DNA of 64,000 bases, taken from contig OZ024741.1 in assembly GCA_964016885.1 (NCBI GenBank), positions 168,640,001 to 168,704,000 on the forward strand. Reading direction: 5' to 3'. Shown here one piece after another: positions 40,716 through 53,880 of this stretch (positions are counted from its first letter, which is position 1; the number at the start of each line of letters is the position of its first letter). Origin of the DNA: Eledone cirrhosa (taxonomy: Eukaryota). The notes under the pieces were generated by a model, which was not told the DNA's origin, ran no database searches, and saw nothing but the letters and a program-made list of their open reading frames with translations. A program made the position numbers and the translations under genes.

Positions 40716-42680
40716 TATTGTGATATCTATCTACATCACTAAATCTGGATATCATCAAATATCTCTACTAAAATGGGAAGGATATGTTGTATTGTGATAT
40801 CTATCTACATCACCAAATCTGGACATCATCAAGTATCTCTATTAAAATGGGAAGGATATGTTGTATTGTGATATCTATCTACATCACCTAATCTAGAAAT
40901 CATCAAATATCTCTACTAAAATGGGAAGGATATGTTGTATTGTGATATCTATCTACATCACCAAATCTGGATATCATCAAATAGCTCTACTAAAATGGGA
41001 AGGATATGTTGTATTGTGATATCTATCTACATCACCAAATCTGGATATCATCAAATATCTCTACTAAAATGGGAAGGATATGTTGTATTGTGATATCTAT
41101 CTACATCACCAAATCTGGACATCATCAAGTATCTCTATTAAAATGGGAAGGATATGTTGTATTGTGATATCCATCTACATCACCAAATCTGGATATCATC
41201 AAATATCTCTACTAAAATGGGAAGGATATGTTGTATTGTGATATCTATCTACATCACTAAATCTGGACATCATCAAATATCTTTACTAAAATGGGAAGGA
41301 TATGTTGTATTGTGATATCTATCTACATCACCAAATCTGGATATCATCAAATATCTCTACTAAAATGGGAAGGATATGTTGTATTGTGATATCTATCTAC
41401 ATCACCAAATCTGGACATCATCAAGTATCTCTATTAAAATGGGAAGGATATGTTGTATTGTGATATCTATCTACATCACCAAATCTGGATATCATCAAAT
41501 ATCTCTACTAAAATGGGAAGGATATGTTGTATTGTGATATCTATCTACATCACCAAATCTGGATATCATCAAATATCTCTACTAAAATGGGAAGGATATG
41601 TTGTATTGTGATATCTAACTACATCACCAAATCTGGATATCATCAAATATCTCTACTAAAATGGGAAGGATATGTTGTATTGTGATATCTATCTACATCA
41701 CCAAATCTGGACATCATCAAGTATCTCTATTAAAATGGGAAGGATATGTTGTATTGTGATATCTATCTACATCACCAAATCTAGACATCATCAAATATCT
41801 CTACTAAAATGGGAAGGATATGTTGTATTGTGATATCTATCTACATCACCAAATCTGGATATCATCAAATATCTCTACTAAAATGGGAAGGATATGTTGT
41901 ATTGTGATATCTATCTACATCACTAAATCTGGATATCATCAAATATCTCTACTAAAATGGGAAGGATATGTTCTATTGTGATATCTATCTACATCACTAA
42001 ATCTGGACATCATCAAATATCTCTACTAAATTAGGAAGGATAATGTATTGTGATATCTATCTACATCACCAAATCTGGATATTATCAAATATCTCTACTA
42101 AAATGGGAAGGATGTGTTGTATTGTGATATCTATCTACATCACCAAATCTGGACATCATCAAGTATCTCTATTAAAATGGGAAGGATATGTTGTATTGTG
42201 ATATCTATCTACATCACCAAATCTAGATATCATCAAATATCTCTACTAAAATGGGAAGGATATGTTGTATTGTGATATCTATCTACATCACCAAATCTGG
42301 ATATCATCAAATATCTCTACTAAAATGGGAAGGATATGTTGTATTGTGATATCTATCTACATCACTAAATCTGGATATCATCAAATATCTCTACTAAAAT
42401 CGGAAGGATATGTTGTATTGTGATATCTATCTACATCACCAAATCTGGATATCATCAAATATCTCTACTAAAATGGGAAGGATATGTTGTATTGTGATAT
42501 CTATCTACATCACCAAATCTAGATATCATCAAATATCTCTACTAAAATGGGAAGGATATGTTGTATTGTGATATCTATCTACATCACCTAATCTGGACAT
42601 CATCAAGTATCTCTATTAAAATGGGAAGGATATGTTGTATTGTGATATCTATCTACATCACCAAATCTGGATATCAAATA
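40716..42680. repeat. 74-bp tandem satellite, about 26.5 copies
   Basis: Unit tattgtgatatctatctacatcaccaaatctggatatcatcaaatatctctactaaaatgggaaggatatgttg; no unique spacers. Confidence 0.97.
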
Positions 42681-43490
42681 TCTGTATATATATAAAATTA
42701 AGTATGTGTGTGTGTCTGTGTGTCTGTGTATTACCTATAGGGGCCTACATCTTACGACCGATTTTCATGAAACTTTACAGGCTCATAGATTAGTCATCGG
42801 GGAGTGTTTTCTATATATCAGCGTATCGTTCTTTTATTCCGGGGTCATTCTGCAGATAAAAGTCGATAGGGGGTCACCTTTTTTTAGGTATCATAAAATA
42901 AGATTTTGGGCTCTAGCTCCCACATTTTGCCACCAATTTCGTTCAAATTTTATAGTAAAATAAAATTTATCATTGCACATCCTGTAATGGCTTTATATTT
43001 TGCATTTGTTGTTGAGGGTCGGCGTGGGAGCCGCGTAAATATTCAAAAATACCACTTTTAGACTCAAATTTCCACTCTTTCGGCTCTAGCTCCCATATTA
43101 ATCAATCTACTTTGTTCAAATTTTACACTATGCTAGATCTGATTATGTCACGTTTTAAAGTGGCTTTACATTTTGGAATTCTTGTTCAGGAACGGTGTGG
43201 TAGCCGTTTAAATATTCAAAAATACCACCTTTTCGCTCAAATTTCCGCCCTTTCGGCTCTAGCTCCCACATTTTTCAACCGATTTCGTTCAAATTCGAAA
43301 CTCCTTCCCCCAGCATGCCCCTTCGTCAGTCACCCACGTTTCTCAATGATAGAGGTCATCACCACCATCCCCCGCAAGGCGTGTGTGTGGCCATAGATGA
43401 GTCATCGAGAAGCAGTCGCTAAGATCAACACCTTTTCATCAAAGCAGATATTATTTTACTTACCCAGGCAACGCTGGGTACTGCTGCTAT
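42681..43490 (+). mobile_element. Non-autonomous Helitron
   Basis: A|TC start (tctgtatatatataaaa); 3' hairpin acccaggcaacgctgggt followed by CTAT (decayed CTAG). Confidence 0.75.
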
Positions 43491-44126
43491 TCAGCAATAA
43501 AATGAAAATCAAGGATAGTGCAATATTTTTTACCAATAGTTCTCTATGGCAGTGAAACATGGAAGATAACCACAAAGGTGACAAAGAAGCTGAACACTTC
43601 CCACCAATGTTCGTCATCATCATCATCATCATCATCACTACTTAAAGTCTAGACCTGTACTGAGGCTAGACTGGTCAGGTGAATACATATTACTCATATG
43701 CTCCATTTATGGCTTGGTTTCTATGGCTAGATACCCTTCCAAATACTAACCACTTTACAGCAAGTATTAGGAGTATTTTACCATGAGCCTTACATGTGGA
43801 CACAATCACAAATGAAGAAATTCATTTGCAATGCAAGTACTTGCCACAGCAAAACAACATAACACTTTGTTGGTTTTGCTTGGTAGGTCACATTAGGCCA
43901 TGCACTAATTAGCTAGTATTATTGGTGTTGATGGTGTTTGTTGTTCCTATAGATTCTTTTATTCTTTTACTAATTTCACTCATTTGACTGTGAATATTTA
44001 ATCAATCACACCTACCCTACTGATCTATATTTTCAAGACTAGGATTCATTTTATGGATCTTTATTTGTTGAACTACTAAGTCATGGGATATAAACACATA
44101 CATAGATACAAACAAAGAAAGGAATG

Positions 44127-44203
<77 letters not shown>

Positions 44204-45039
44204 ACACACCCTTATATATATACAACAGGCTTCCAAAGCTTCTGTCTACCAAATTTCACTCATAAGGCATTGGTAATCCTTGGGTTATAGTAGAAGATAC
44301 TTGTCCAATATGCCAGGTAGTGAGACTGGACCCCAAACCATGTATTTGTGAAGAAAATTATTTAACCACCCAGGCATGCCTGCGCCTATAATTTCTTCTT
44401 AGTTTTATAATTGCTGTTGTATTTGTATACAACAGCAATTCATTAAATTCAAATAAATGATTATTGTATAATCAAATGCTGAGTATTATTAGAAACAGAT
44501 GGATATAATACAAAGCTATTTGACAGAGTGAGCTATTAATATTTAAATAGGACAGATCTGGATAAAATAAATGCAGGCAGCATATAGAATGAATATAATA
44601 AGGTTAAAAGGTTATTTCCCAAAAGTTTCAGTCTAGTGTTATTATATAATATGAACAAAGGTGTTAATATGAGATTGTATCCATTAAATATGGAAGTTAT
44701 ATCATAGATGTAAAGTGATCATAATGCGGAATAATAGTGAGAATTAGTGTAACGAACTGAAAAGCAGTAATTATATATGAATCAATGCACACAAAATTAA
44801 AATTGAAATAAATGAAGGAGTGGATGTAGGACTGAGGAATTGATGATATCAACAACTAAGTGTGGTTAAGTAGTTTATTATGCAACACTGTTTCAGCTTT
44901 AATCTCAGTATGCAGTATGCTGGGTAAGTATTAATCATAATAATAATACATATCATGCTATTATGGCACATGTAGATCAATAGCATCTACTGTATCTATG
45001 CTACAATATCAATAAACATCATAAATATTTCAATAAACT

Positions 45040-45890
45040 TCTTATCCCACAGAAAGGGTTGTTGGGGCAGTGGGGCAGAGACTTCAGACATGCCTTCCAT
45101 GTGATATCTCAATTCGAGTTGTAGTGACTAAATGTGAAGTGACTCCCTGATTTTCAAGTTTTGCATCCTACCAGGTACTCCAAAACCCCTTCAGAAGAAC
45201 TCCATTTCAGCTATTTGTATTCGGGAAAGTATTTTTTCAGTCATTATCCAAGATTCATTACCATAAGTAAGAGTTGGCACAAACACAGAATTGAAGATCT
45301 GGGGAAAAAAACCTCACTGTCCAGCTAGCTTAGACTCAACAATATCTCTGTATGTCTTTGCCAGACACTTAGCATAGACTTAACTGAGGAGGCTTAGAAA
45401 GAAGATTCCTTTATAATTAGAGCAATCTCTCATCTCCTTGTTTGAAAATTGGGATTATCACTCCTGATTCCCATTGCTTTTGTGCCTTTCCAGAGATCTA
45501 GAGAACCTGACATTTAGAAAATCTGCAAAGTATTTTCTCTACCACTTGAAGATGTACTTCTTTTCAGAGAGAAGAATCTCAGACAAGTTCCTGAGAGCAG
45601 ACATAGATGAGGACTTCTTATTAAGAAGGTGGCGAATGATCTGCCAGAATACTTTATTTGCTGATGGGAAGTCAGATTCCAGCTTAACCCCCAAATCCTC
45701 CTTGGACACCTTTACTGCCTCTGCTGTGGCTTTTCATGCCTGCTTTTACTATAAGTGTAAGAAGGCTGTTTTATTTCCAAGCCTAGTTTTGTAAGCTTCT
45801 TTATTTGCTCAGATAACATCTTTAACCTCCTTATTTAAGCAAGGAATCTCATATCACTCAGCACCACACCAAGACACTTTTTCCTGCATG
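45040..45890 (-). mobile_element. Decayed Expander-like RTE with internal deletions
   Basis: Minus-strand FNSVFVPTLTYGNESWIMTEK. Confidence 0.65.
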
Positions 45891-46508
45891 GTGACTAATG
45901 TGAATGTGACCACATAAACTGCAGCATCGTCAGATTCAATAAAAGCAATCACACAGCACTATTCTTCTCATGGGGTAACAAGGGACACATTCAGGCCTTT
46001 GATAAAGGGACCTGTTTGAAAAATATACTGCAGTCTCTATCTATTGCTGGAGATTAGCCTGTGATCTGTCGTGGGAAGTGTGGAATGAACACAAAAATGT
46101 TGCCTATCCTAAGACTACAATATGGTTTGGTAGCAACACCTAATTACTGAAATAAAAAAAAATAGTTAATTAAATATATCAAGTATCACTCAAGTATCAA
46201 ATATAAAATTATGTGCAAAATTGCCAGATTTAAAATATACTTCATGAAAAATTAATCAAATTTTACTTAAATGTGTGATCCATTTAATGATTATCTATGA
46301 CACTGTTAAAAATTTCATGAAACACAGTTTCATATATACCTATATAGCTAATACTTGATAATAATATTTCATGCTAATAATTCAAACACACCAAATTATA
46401 TTATGTTTCTTCTTTTATCTTTTAATATCTTTATATTTTCAATCTGTTTTATTACTAATATTGACACTCTTCTTTATATATATATATATATATATATATA
46501 CAAAGTGT

Positions 46509-46560
<52 letters not shown>

Positions 46561-46561
<1 letters not shown>

Positions 46562-47016
46562 TCTGCCAAACGCTTTTTCCAGGCATAGTGACTTATTTTT
46601 GGCTAAGAACTTCTCTTGTAGGTGTCTCACTAAAAAGAGGGCATCTCATCTAATTTGACTGTTTGTCAAATTAATTGTGCTATGACTCTTTCCATCACCT
46701 TCATAACTTGGTCCATTAGTTTTATTCCTCTATAGTTGCTCCTCTCTAGTGCATTACTTTTGCCCTTGTAGTCATTTCTGATTGTTCTGCTATGCCAGTC
46801 ATTGGGTATGACACCATCCTGTATTACCTGATTGATTATGCAGATTAGTATTTTGACTTCTACTTCTCCCAATGCTTCCAGCATCTCAGCAGTTAACACT
46901 GATGGTCCTGTAGCTTTACCATTTTTCATCCCTTTGATTGCTTTTTTAACCCTATAACTATCAACTTCCATAGCTGGCCCTTCTGTTGGGTGGGTTGGGG
47001 TAGTTTCTCTTCCTCA
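46561..47016 (-). mobile_element. RTE RT N-terminal fragment
   Basis: ORF 46666-46971 MKNGKATGPS..YKGKSNALERSNYRGIKLMDQVMKVMERV. Confidence 0.85.
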
Positions 47017-47199
47017 CATTCTGGAGGGTATAGTCAAATTTGGGCCCTAAACCTTGGGTAGCGCCTTTGTTCCTCAGAAGCTGAGGTTATAAGCAGTTAA
47101 AGAGCTCAAATGTGACAAGGCCCAAGATGTTAAAAGCCTTAAATAGAAAATGTATTCTCTTTCTCTCTCTCTCTCATATATATATATCATATATATGTA

Positions 47200-47790
47200 T
47201 ATGAAACACAAACTTAAATTAAAATTGCTACGATAACAAAAGAATCTTACCTTAGCAAATTTAATAATCCCAAATACTTTCGGGTTTAGAAATCCATTAT
47301 CAAAGGAGTATCCTATGAGAGACTTAGAAGATCAATCAGAGTTGACTTGTTTGAAAAGCAGATTCAAGTTAAATGAAATGAAAATACATTAACATTTCAA
47401 ACGTGTGCATTGTGAAATGTCTGGAGGAAAATGTTTGATATATGTATGTGTGTGCATGAATGTAAGTGTGCTTAGTGGGATGTTTGTATTTATATGTATG
47501 AATATAAGTTTATGTAGGGAAAGGTGTGTGCGAATATGTATATAATAAAAAGGGATAAATATGTGTGTGCGTGAGTTTAAGTGTGTTTGCCTAGGGAGGA
47601 CAGATTTAATTTGAAAGAAAGAATGAAATGGGCCACTGGAATGCTGGAATACAGGCTTTTAAATTAGCTATTCTGGTGCACTTCTTTCCAATCGATTATT
47701 GATCCTAGGTTTTAATTGCTTGATTAAGGGGGCTTCCTTAATTCTCAGCATGCCAATACTGCATTCGGTAGCTAAGATTGGGTGGTACAA
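47200..47790 (-). mobile_element. Inverted PLE 3' end (GIY-YIG tip plus pLTR)
   Basis: Minus-strand ILATECSIGMLRIKEAPLIKQL near 47700-47780; hammerhead-like motif at 47264-47311. Confidence 0.6.
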
Positions 47791-48374
47791 TTACATAACG
47801 AGAAACAGCAGGCTGCCCAACTTCTACCATCTGATCAAAACCCATAAAGAAGGACCCTACATGAAAATTAAACCCATTGTCTCCAGTTTTTGAAGAACCC
47901 TCTTATAAAATCTCTTGGCTTCTGTCCAAGATTTTAAAGCCCCTGTTAACAACCTTCCCAGGCCACATCTACAGCTCAGATAATGTCATCCAGCGACTCA
48001 ACCAACTAGAGCTTGACACCCTCAAATCCATCAGGTGCGCCTTCAGCCTAGATGTAATATCCCTCTACACGTCAGTACCTTTACTCCTGGCAGTGGACAG
48101 ACTCACTGAATGAGTCGGTTTCAGTGACCTGGATTGTTTCGGCCTTACCACCACCGACATCTAACAGCTCCTATCCAACATTGTAAACAATGCCTTTTTC
48201 AACTTCCTGGAACAAACCTACCGACAGACTTCTGGACTACCCATGGGATCCAGTCTTGTGTTTACTGGCCATTTCGTATATGAACAGATTTGAACACCAA
48301 GTACTCAGCTCTTGCGACACCTGCGCTTTCTTCACTAGATATGTGGATGATATACTAATCCTCACATCCACCAA

Positions 48375-48378
<4 letters not shown>
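47790..48378 (+). pseudogene. Penelope-like reverse transcriptase fragment
   Basis: LPNFYHLIKTHK..IKPIVS, FSLDVISLYTSVP, YRQTSGLPMGS and RYVDDIL motifs across frames. Confidence 0.9.
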
Positions 48379-48408
<30 letters not shown>

Positions 48409-49224
48409 TCATTCTCATATCCACCAAGGAGGTATATATATATATATATATCTCCTTGATGGATGTGAGAATGGAGTTTCACCTGTTTCTCACAATGTCA
48501 TTGATGACCCTGTGAGAAGAAGACAAACTCCAGGTTTCCAAGATTCACTATTTAGCCTCAATGAAATAAATATCTAAACTCTACTTCGGTACTAAGTACT
48601 CTTTTCTCTCAGCTGTCAACTACAAATGGATATACATAATACACACACACACACCCACATACATACATACATACATTTAAGAACTACTGAGACTGTATGT
48701 ATATTAGCTATCTCACTGTATTATCTAATTATTCATTTGTTACATGAAATGGTGATTTCCCTTCAATTATGTTAGATTTACAATTTGATTTGCTAAAAGC
48801 AATCAAAAGTTTTACAATTCTTTTAAAAGTGAAGCAAAAATGAAATCTTGATACATTGCCAAAACCAAAAACACTATCTTGAGTAAAACACACACAAACA
48901 TGCACACACAAGTTACAACCAGTAGCTCACACTAGATAATGGTTTTTAATTTAGGCACATCATCATCATCATCATCTTATGTCCGCTAGCAATTTTTTGG
49001 GAGAGGTAAGTCAATTAAATTTGCTCCAGAACTGGATTGGTTTTTATTTATTAGACCCCAGAAAGATCTAATGCAAAGTTGACCTAGATAGGATTGAACT
49101 CAGTATGTAAAAATCCTGAAAAAACACCACAAAGTATTTTGTCTTGATGCCCTCACAATTCTTCCAATCCAGCCCCCTACTCAGCCAACATAAAAGAAAT
49201 AGCTATCTTAAACTGTAACAACTA

Positions 49225-49440
49225 CAATAGCAAGTTTATCATCTGCTACAGTTAATAGGGATTTATATACACTGGAAGTTATGTCAGCTCTATAAAATAT
49301 TAACAGAAATTGGGTGGTACATGCATACACCAGAAAATGTGCCAGAGATTGACAAAGCAGCCATACTCTGGGATATTCGTACACACAGAAACAGGAGGTA
49401 AAAGTCATCAGACTAAATATAGTTCTCAAAGACCACAAAG
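49225..49440 (+). mobile_element. R4/Dong-like REL LINE remnant
   Basis: WYMHTPENVPEIDKAAILWDIRTH...IRLNIVLKDHK, resembling ILWD..I.TD....NRPDIV. Confidence 0.6.
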
Positions 49441-49939
49441 TTAATGAAATATAATGTAAACTGTATTTTTATCTTTCTTTTTCTTAGTTTACTCTATTCT
49501 AGTTTTCAATCCTCTATTTCAAATTTGTATTGTACTGGCTTCTACAAATCTCACTAAATATATCACAATGCTTCATATAAACTATACAAAGCAACATGAC
49601 AGTCTATTTCTTTTCTTTTAAATAAAAGGTCCTAACCTCAAAATATCATGAAATATAAAGTAAAAGTGTAAACAGTTGTTTTGTTATGTTTTTCTTACTT
49701 TAACTTTACTTTAGTTTTCGCTCATGTATTTCTTTGTAATTTGCATTGTGCCAGATATTCTTTGCTTTACTCTACTCTAGCTTTCAATCTTGTATTTCTA
49801 ACTCACATTGCAATGGCATTCCTTGCTATTTTTGTTCCTTTGATTTAAAATATTTATTCCTTTCTTTATCAAATTTTTTTTTAGTATATTTTTATTTGAG
49901 GTATTGGCATTTGATTATATTAATGAATTGAAAGAATAA

Positions 49940-51790
49940 TAATAGTTACTAATTTAGGTACAATACCAGCAATTTGAAGGACAGGAAGACTTGATTATAT
50001 CAATCCCAGTACTTAACTGGTAATATATTTTTTTTGTCCCCCAAAACAAAGAAGGCGAGATTTGAACTCAGAACAAAGAACATTGGTTTCTAATTTAGGT
50101 GGTTGACAATTTTAGGTGACAGAAACATTGAATAAATTTACTGATACATTATTTTTTTCGGCATGAGAAGCATAAAGGGCAAATTTGACATTGAGAGGAT
50201 TTGAATTCAGAATGTAAAGAGCTCAAACAAATAACACCAATCTATTTCCCTAAAGAAAATGGGAAAAAAACAGTAGGTATAACTGTAATTGTAATAATAG
50301 TCATGGTAACAATAGAAAACAACCCAGACAAAACCCTGGATTATTCTATCAACTCATAGGCAATGAAAGCACCCTCCCCCTGTTTCTTTCCTCCTGCTTA
50401 GAAAAGATTAGTCAGAGACGGCCGAATTACCCTTGTCAGTTTTACCACTCACTCATCTTTCATAAAATACACTAGAAGGCAACAACTTCCTCCTTAACCT
50501 CACATTCTTCTTCAAGTGATACTTAATGAGGGCTTGGCTGGAAAGGTAGTTCCTGTCCTCAAGTCTATATTACATGTCTAACATACAGCTTCCTTCATAG
50601 CTAGCAGGCAGAGGAAGATTTTCTGCACCTTCCTTCAAATTTCACTATAGCAGTTGTTTGACACAAGTCCATATGTCTGCAATGCATAGACAAGTCCAGC
50701 TATTGGCACTTTCATGTTTGTAGAGCTTGTTTGGAGCTGTTAGTGCCCTTCTAATTCATTGACATGACAAGAATTTCGGAAATTATCCGTAACCACAAAC
50801 CTGAAAGTACTCTAGAAGAGATTGTTAGGACTGTTCTTGTCAACAGCCAGAGCCACTCACAGTTCATCATCACTCAGAGGTCATCATCGCTCACAGGTCA
50901 TCATCGCGCACAGGTCATCATTACACACAGGCCATCATCGCTCATACCTTCAACAGCCCCTCTATAGAAAGCAAATGTTGTTTTCTGGCCACCTATCCCA
51001 TGATAGTAACCACAACAATAATAGTTTCTCATTTTGGCACAAGGCCAACAATTTTGAAGAGAAGGGGAAGTTGATTATATCAACCCCTGACTGGTACTTT
51101 ATTTTGTCAAGTCTAGAAGGAGGAAAGGCAAATTGACTTCAGTGGGATTTGAACTCAGAATGTTAAGAACCTAACAAATACTGCAAAGCAGATTTCTGAC
51201 ACTCTAACAACTCATGAAATTCACCTACTATAGGCACAAGGACAACAATTTGGAGGAGATAAAATCAATTAAATTGATCGCAGTGTGTTACTGGTACTGT
51301 ATTTTATTGACTCCATAAGAATGAAAGGTAAATCTAACCTTGGGGGGATTTGAACTCAGAACATGAAGAGCCATAACTGTCTCCTGCAAAGCATTTCCAA
51401 TGCTCTGACTATACTGCTAATTCATCGCCCTAAATCTCCCCATAATAATAATAATAACTCTTTCTTATATTGGCACAAGGCCAGCAATTTTTGTGGGGAA
51501 AGTAGTGAATTATATTGACCACAGTGCCTGATGGGTATTTTATTTTATCGACCCTCAAAAATAACATAAAGCACTAGAGTCAATATAATCAACTCCCCAG
51601 CAACCCCCCAAAAAATTGTTGGCCTTGTGCTTAAATCAGAAACCATTATTATTATTACTTTGCCATTCTGAGTTCAAATCCCGCCAAGATTAACTTTGCC
51701 TTTCATCCTTACAGGGTCGATAAAATAAAGTACCAGTAATGCACTGGGTAATTGCTGGCCTTGTGCCTAACGTAGAAACCATTATTATTA
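49940..51790. mobile_element. Cluster of MetaSINE-like copies of different ages in both orientations
   Basis: Repeated ggcacaaggcc..ctggtactttatttt..gatttgaactcag segments at about 49945, 50085, 51030, 51230 and 51470 (minus) and 51570, 51665 (plus). Confidence 0.75.
50340..50770 (-). mobile_element. Tx1/L1-like LINE C-terminal remnant
   Basis: Minus-strand SQALIKYHLKKNVRLRRKLL, similar to the plus-strand remnant at 52306. Confidence 0.4.
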
Positions 51791-52125
51791 TTACTTTGAC
51801 ACGCAGTGTAGATGGAAAATTGACTGGAGTATTTAGTAAACCGTCAAGTCACAATAAGAACTTCAGACAGATAATACTTTCCTTAAAATGTGTGCAGTTC
51901 CTAGTAAGGCTGATTTTTGTATGACACCAATATTGCATGGTATTTCTAACCATTTTAAGAAGTTTTAGAGTTTCAATGGCATTGACCCTAATGTCCAGAT
52001 CACAACTGGTATCATTTTTACATTAGCCTCTTGCATTACAAACAGTCTTGCCATCTCCACTTTCAAGTTTGAGTACTTGGTGAATTTTTTCAACCTATTT
52101 ACTCACATTATTCCTCTTCAGCATA

Positions 52126-52286
52126 TTTGTGCATTACTGGTACTTTATTTTATCTACCCCGTAAGGATGAAAGGCAAAGTCAAATCCCGCCGAGGTTGAC
52201 TTTGCCTTTCATCCTTACGAGGTCGATAAAATAAAGTACCAGTAATGCACTGGGTAATTGCTGGCCTTGTGCCTAAAGTAGAAGCA
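52126..52286 (+). mobile_element. 5'-truncated MetaSINE-like copy with fold-back 5' end and 19-bp TSD
   Basis: TSD attattcctcttcagcata at 52107-52125 and 52287-52305; 55-bp arms at 52129-52183 and 52196-52250. Confidence 0.85.
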
Positions 52287-52305
52287 ATTATTCCTCTTCA
52301 GCATA

Positions 52306-52600
52306 GCCCTGATTACGTTTTTCAGGTTTCACTTGAAGAGGAAAATCAGGGTAGAGAGGGAAGTACTGTCTTCCAACCATTTTGTTGAAAGGTGGGTGAG
52401 AGTGGCAAACATGGTCCGTGTGAATGGGCTTACCTTGAGCATACACCTGTAGATTGGAGGAGAAACTGGGAGAGGGCACTTTGCCCTAGCAGACAGGGTG
52501 ACCGTGGCTTCTGTGGGATTTATTCATGGGTGACCCTTGGAGGAATTTGTTATGTTTGTTTATAAATCTTTATTTTACACAAAACAAAATCTGTAGTGTC
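52306..52600 (+). mobile_element. Tx1/L1-like LINE 3' remnant
   Basis: ALITFFRFHLKRKIRVEREVLSS..WVRVANMVRVNG. Confidence 0.45.
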
Positions 52601-53274
52601 CTTAATATTTCCTTAATATGAGCCCAGTGTGGCTAATAAAGATATCATTGTTGTTGTTGCTGTTGTTATTATTGTAATAATAATAATAAATAATAATAAA
52701 AGAGCATGGAAGTGTATTGGATGTGGTGAGTCTTAGGTTGTGGGTGTAATTGATTCCAAAATGTTCTAATTATCAAGTGAACCATATTAACAAAATAAAA
52801 AGTTCATTTAAAGATTATTTTAGTGAAGCATTCAGTGGTGGAATGGTAATGGTTGGGAGATTGCTAATGGATGGATGAAATGGCTGATCTCTAGAGTAAT
52901 TGACACTAACATGGCAGTAGCAACTACTACTACTACTACTACTACTACTACCACTGCTGCTGCTGCTACTACTACTGCAATTACTACTACTACTTCTATT
53001 TTTACTACTACTAATGCTGCTGATGCTACTATTACCACCACTACTAATACTATAGTAACAACATTGATAATGACAACAATAACAAAACAGTAACAACAAC
53101 AGAAAGAATGACAGCAACAAAGACAAGAAGAACAGCAATGACAACAATGACACCACCAACAATAATCTTATTGTAGTAGTAGCAGTTATAGTTGCGAATG
53201 CGGGGGTAATTGGTAGAGTCATTAGAACAACAGATTGAATGCTTTGTGGAGTTTGTTTCAGTTCTTTGCACTCA

Positions 53275-53880
53275 TCATTATCATCTTCATCATTCTCACC
53301 ATATAATGTCTATTTTTCCATGCTAGCATGAGTTAGACAAGTTGTCCCAATTGTGAGACAAGCCAGATCATATGATTATGTCTTGTTCATACAGAACTGT
53401 TTCTGGCTTGGTTTCTATGGCTGGATGCCCTTCCTAATGCCAACCACATTTACAGTGAGGGCTGGACGCTTTTTGTTGAGACACCAACATGACTACATTG
53501 CAGTGTGGGCTGGGCTCTTTTTATCGTGACACCAACATGACCCCTTTGTAGTGTGGACTGTGCACTTTTTGTCATGACACTAAAATGACCATTTTACAGT
53601 GTGGACTGGGGACTTTTTGTCACGCCACTAACATGACCACTTTACAGTGTGGGCTGAGCACTTTTGTCACATCACCAAAATGAACACTTTGCAGTGTGAA
53701 CTGGGGGCTGGAGTGAGGGAGGTGCATGTATGTAGGGTTGAGATTGGAGAGATAGGTCTAAGGTGGCGCACTAAGCTGGTGAAGTATGTGGTGTTATGAC
53801 ATGGGTGAAGGTGGAGTTTTAGGGTGTAGTTAAAGGGTAGAGTGTTAGGATGAGGGAGGGGCTGGTGCATACTAGAGACC
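53275..53880 (-). mobile_element. RTE 3' UTR and tail with about 6 internal 48-bp repeats
   Basis: cagtgtgg(g/a)ctg repeats at about 53453-53700; ggatgcccttcctaa; (CAT)n at the left end. Confidence 0.75.

Noticed and set aside
40716-42680. Possible CRISPR array
   Set aside because: Head-to-tail units with no unique spacers, no cas genes, and a eukaryotic context.
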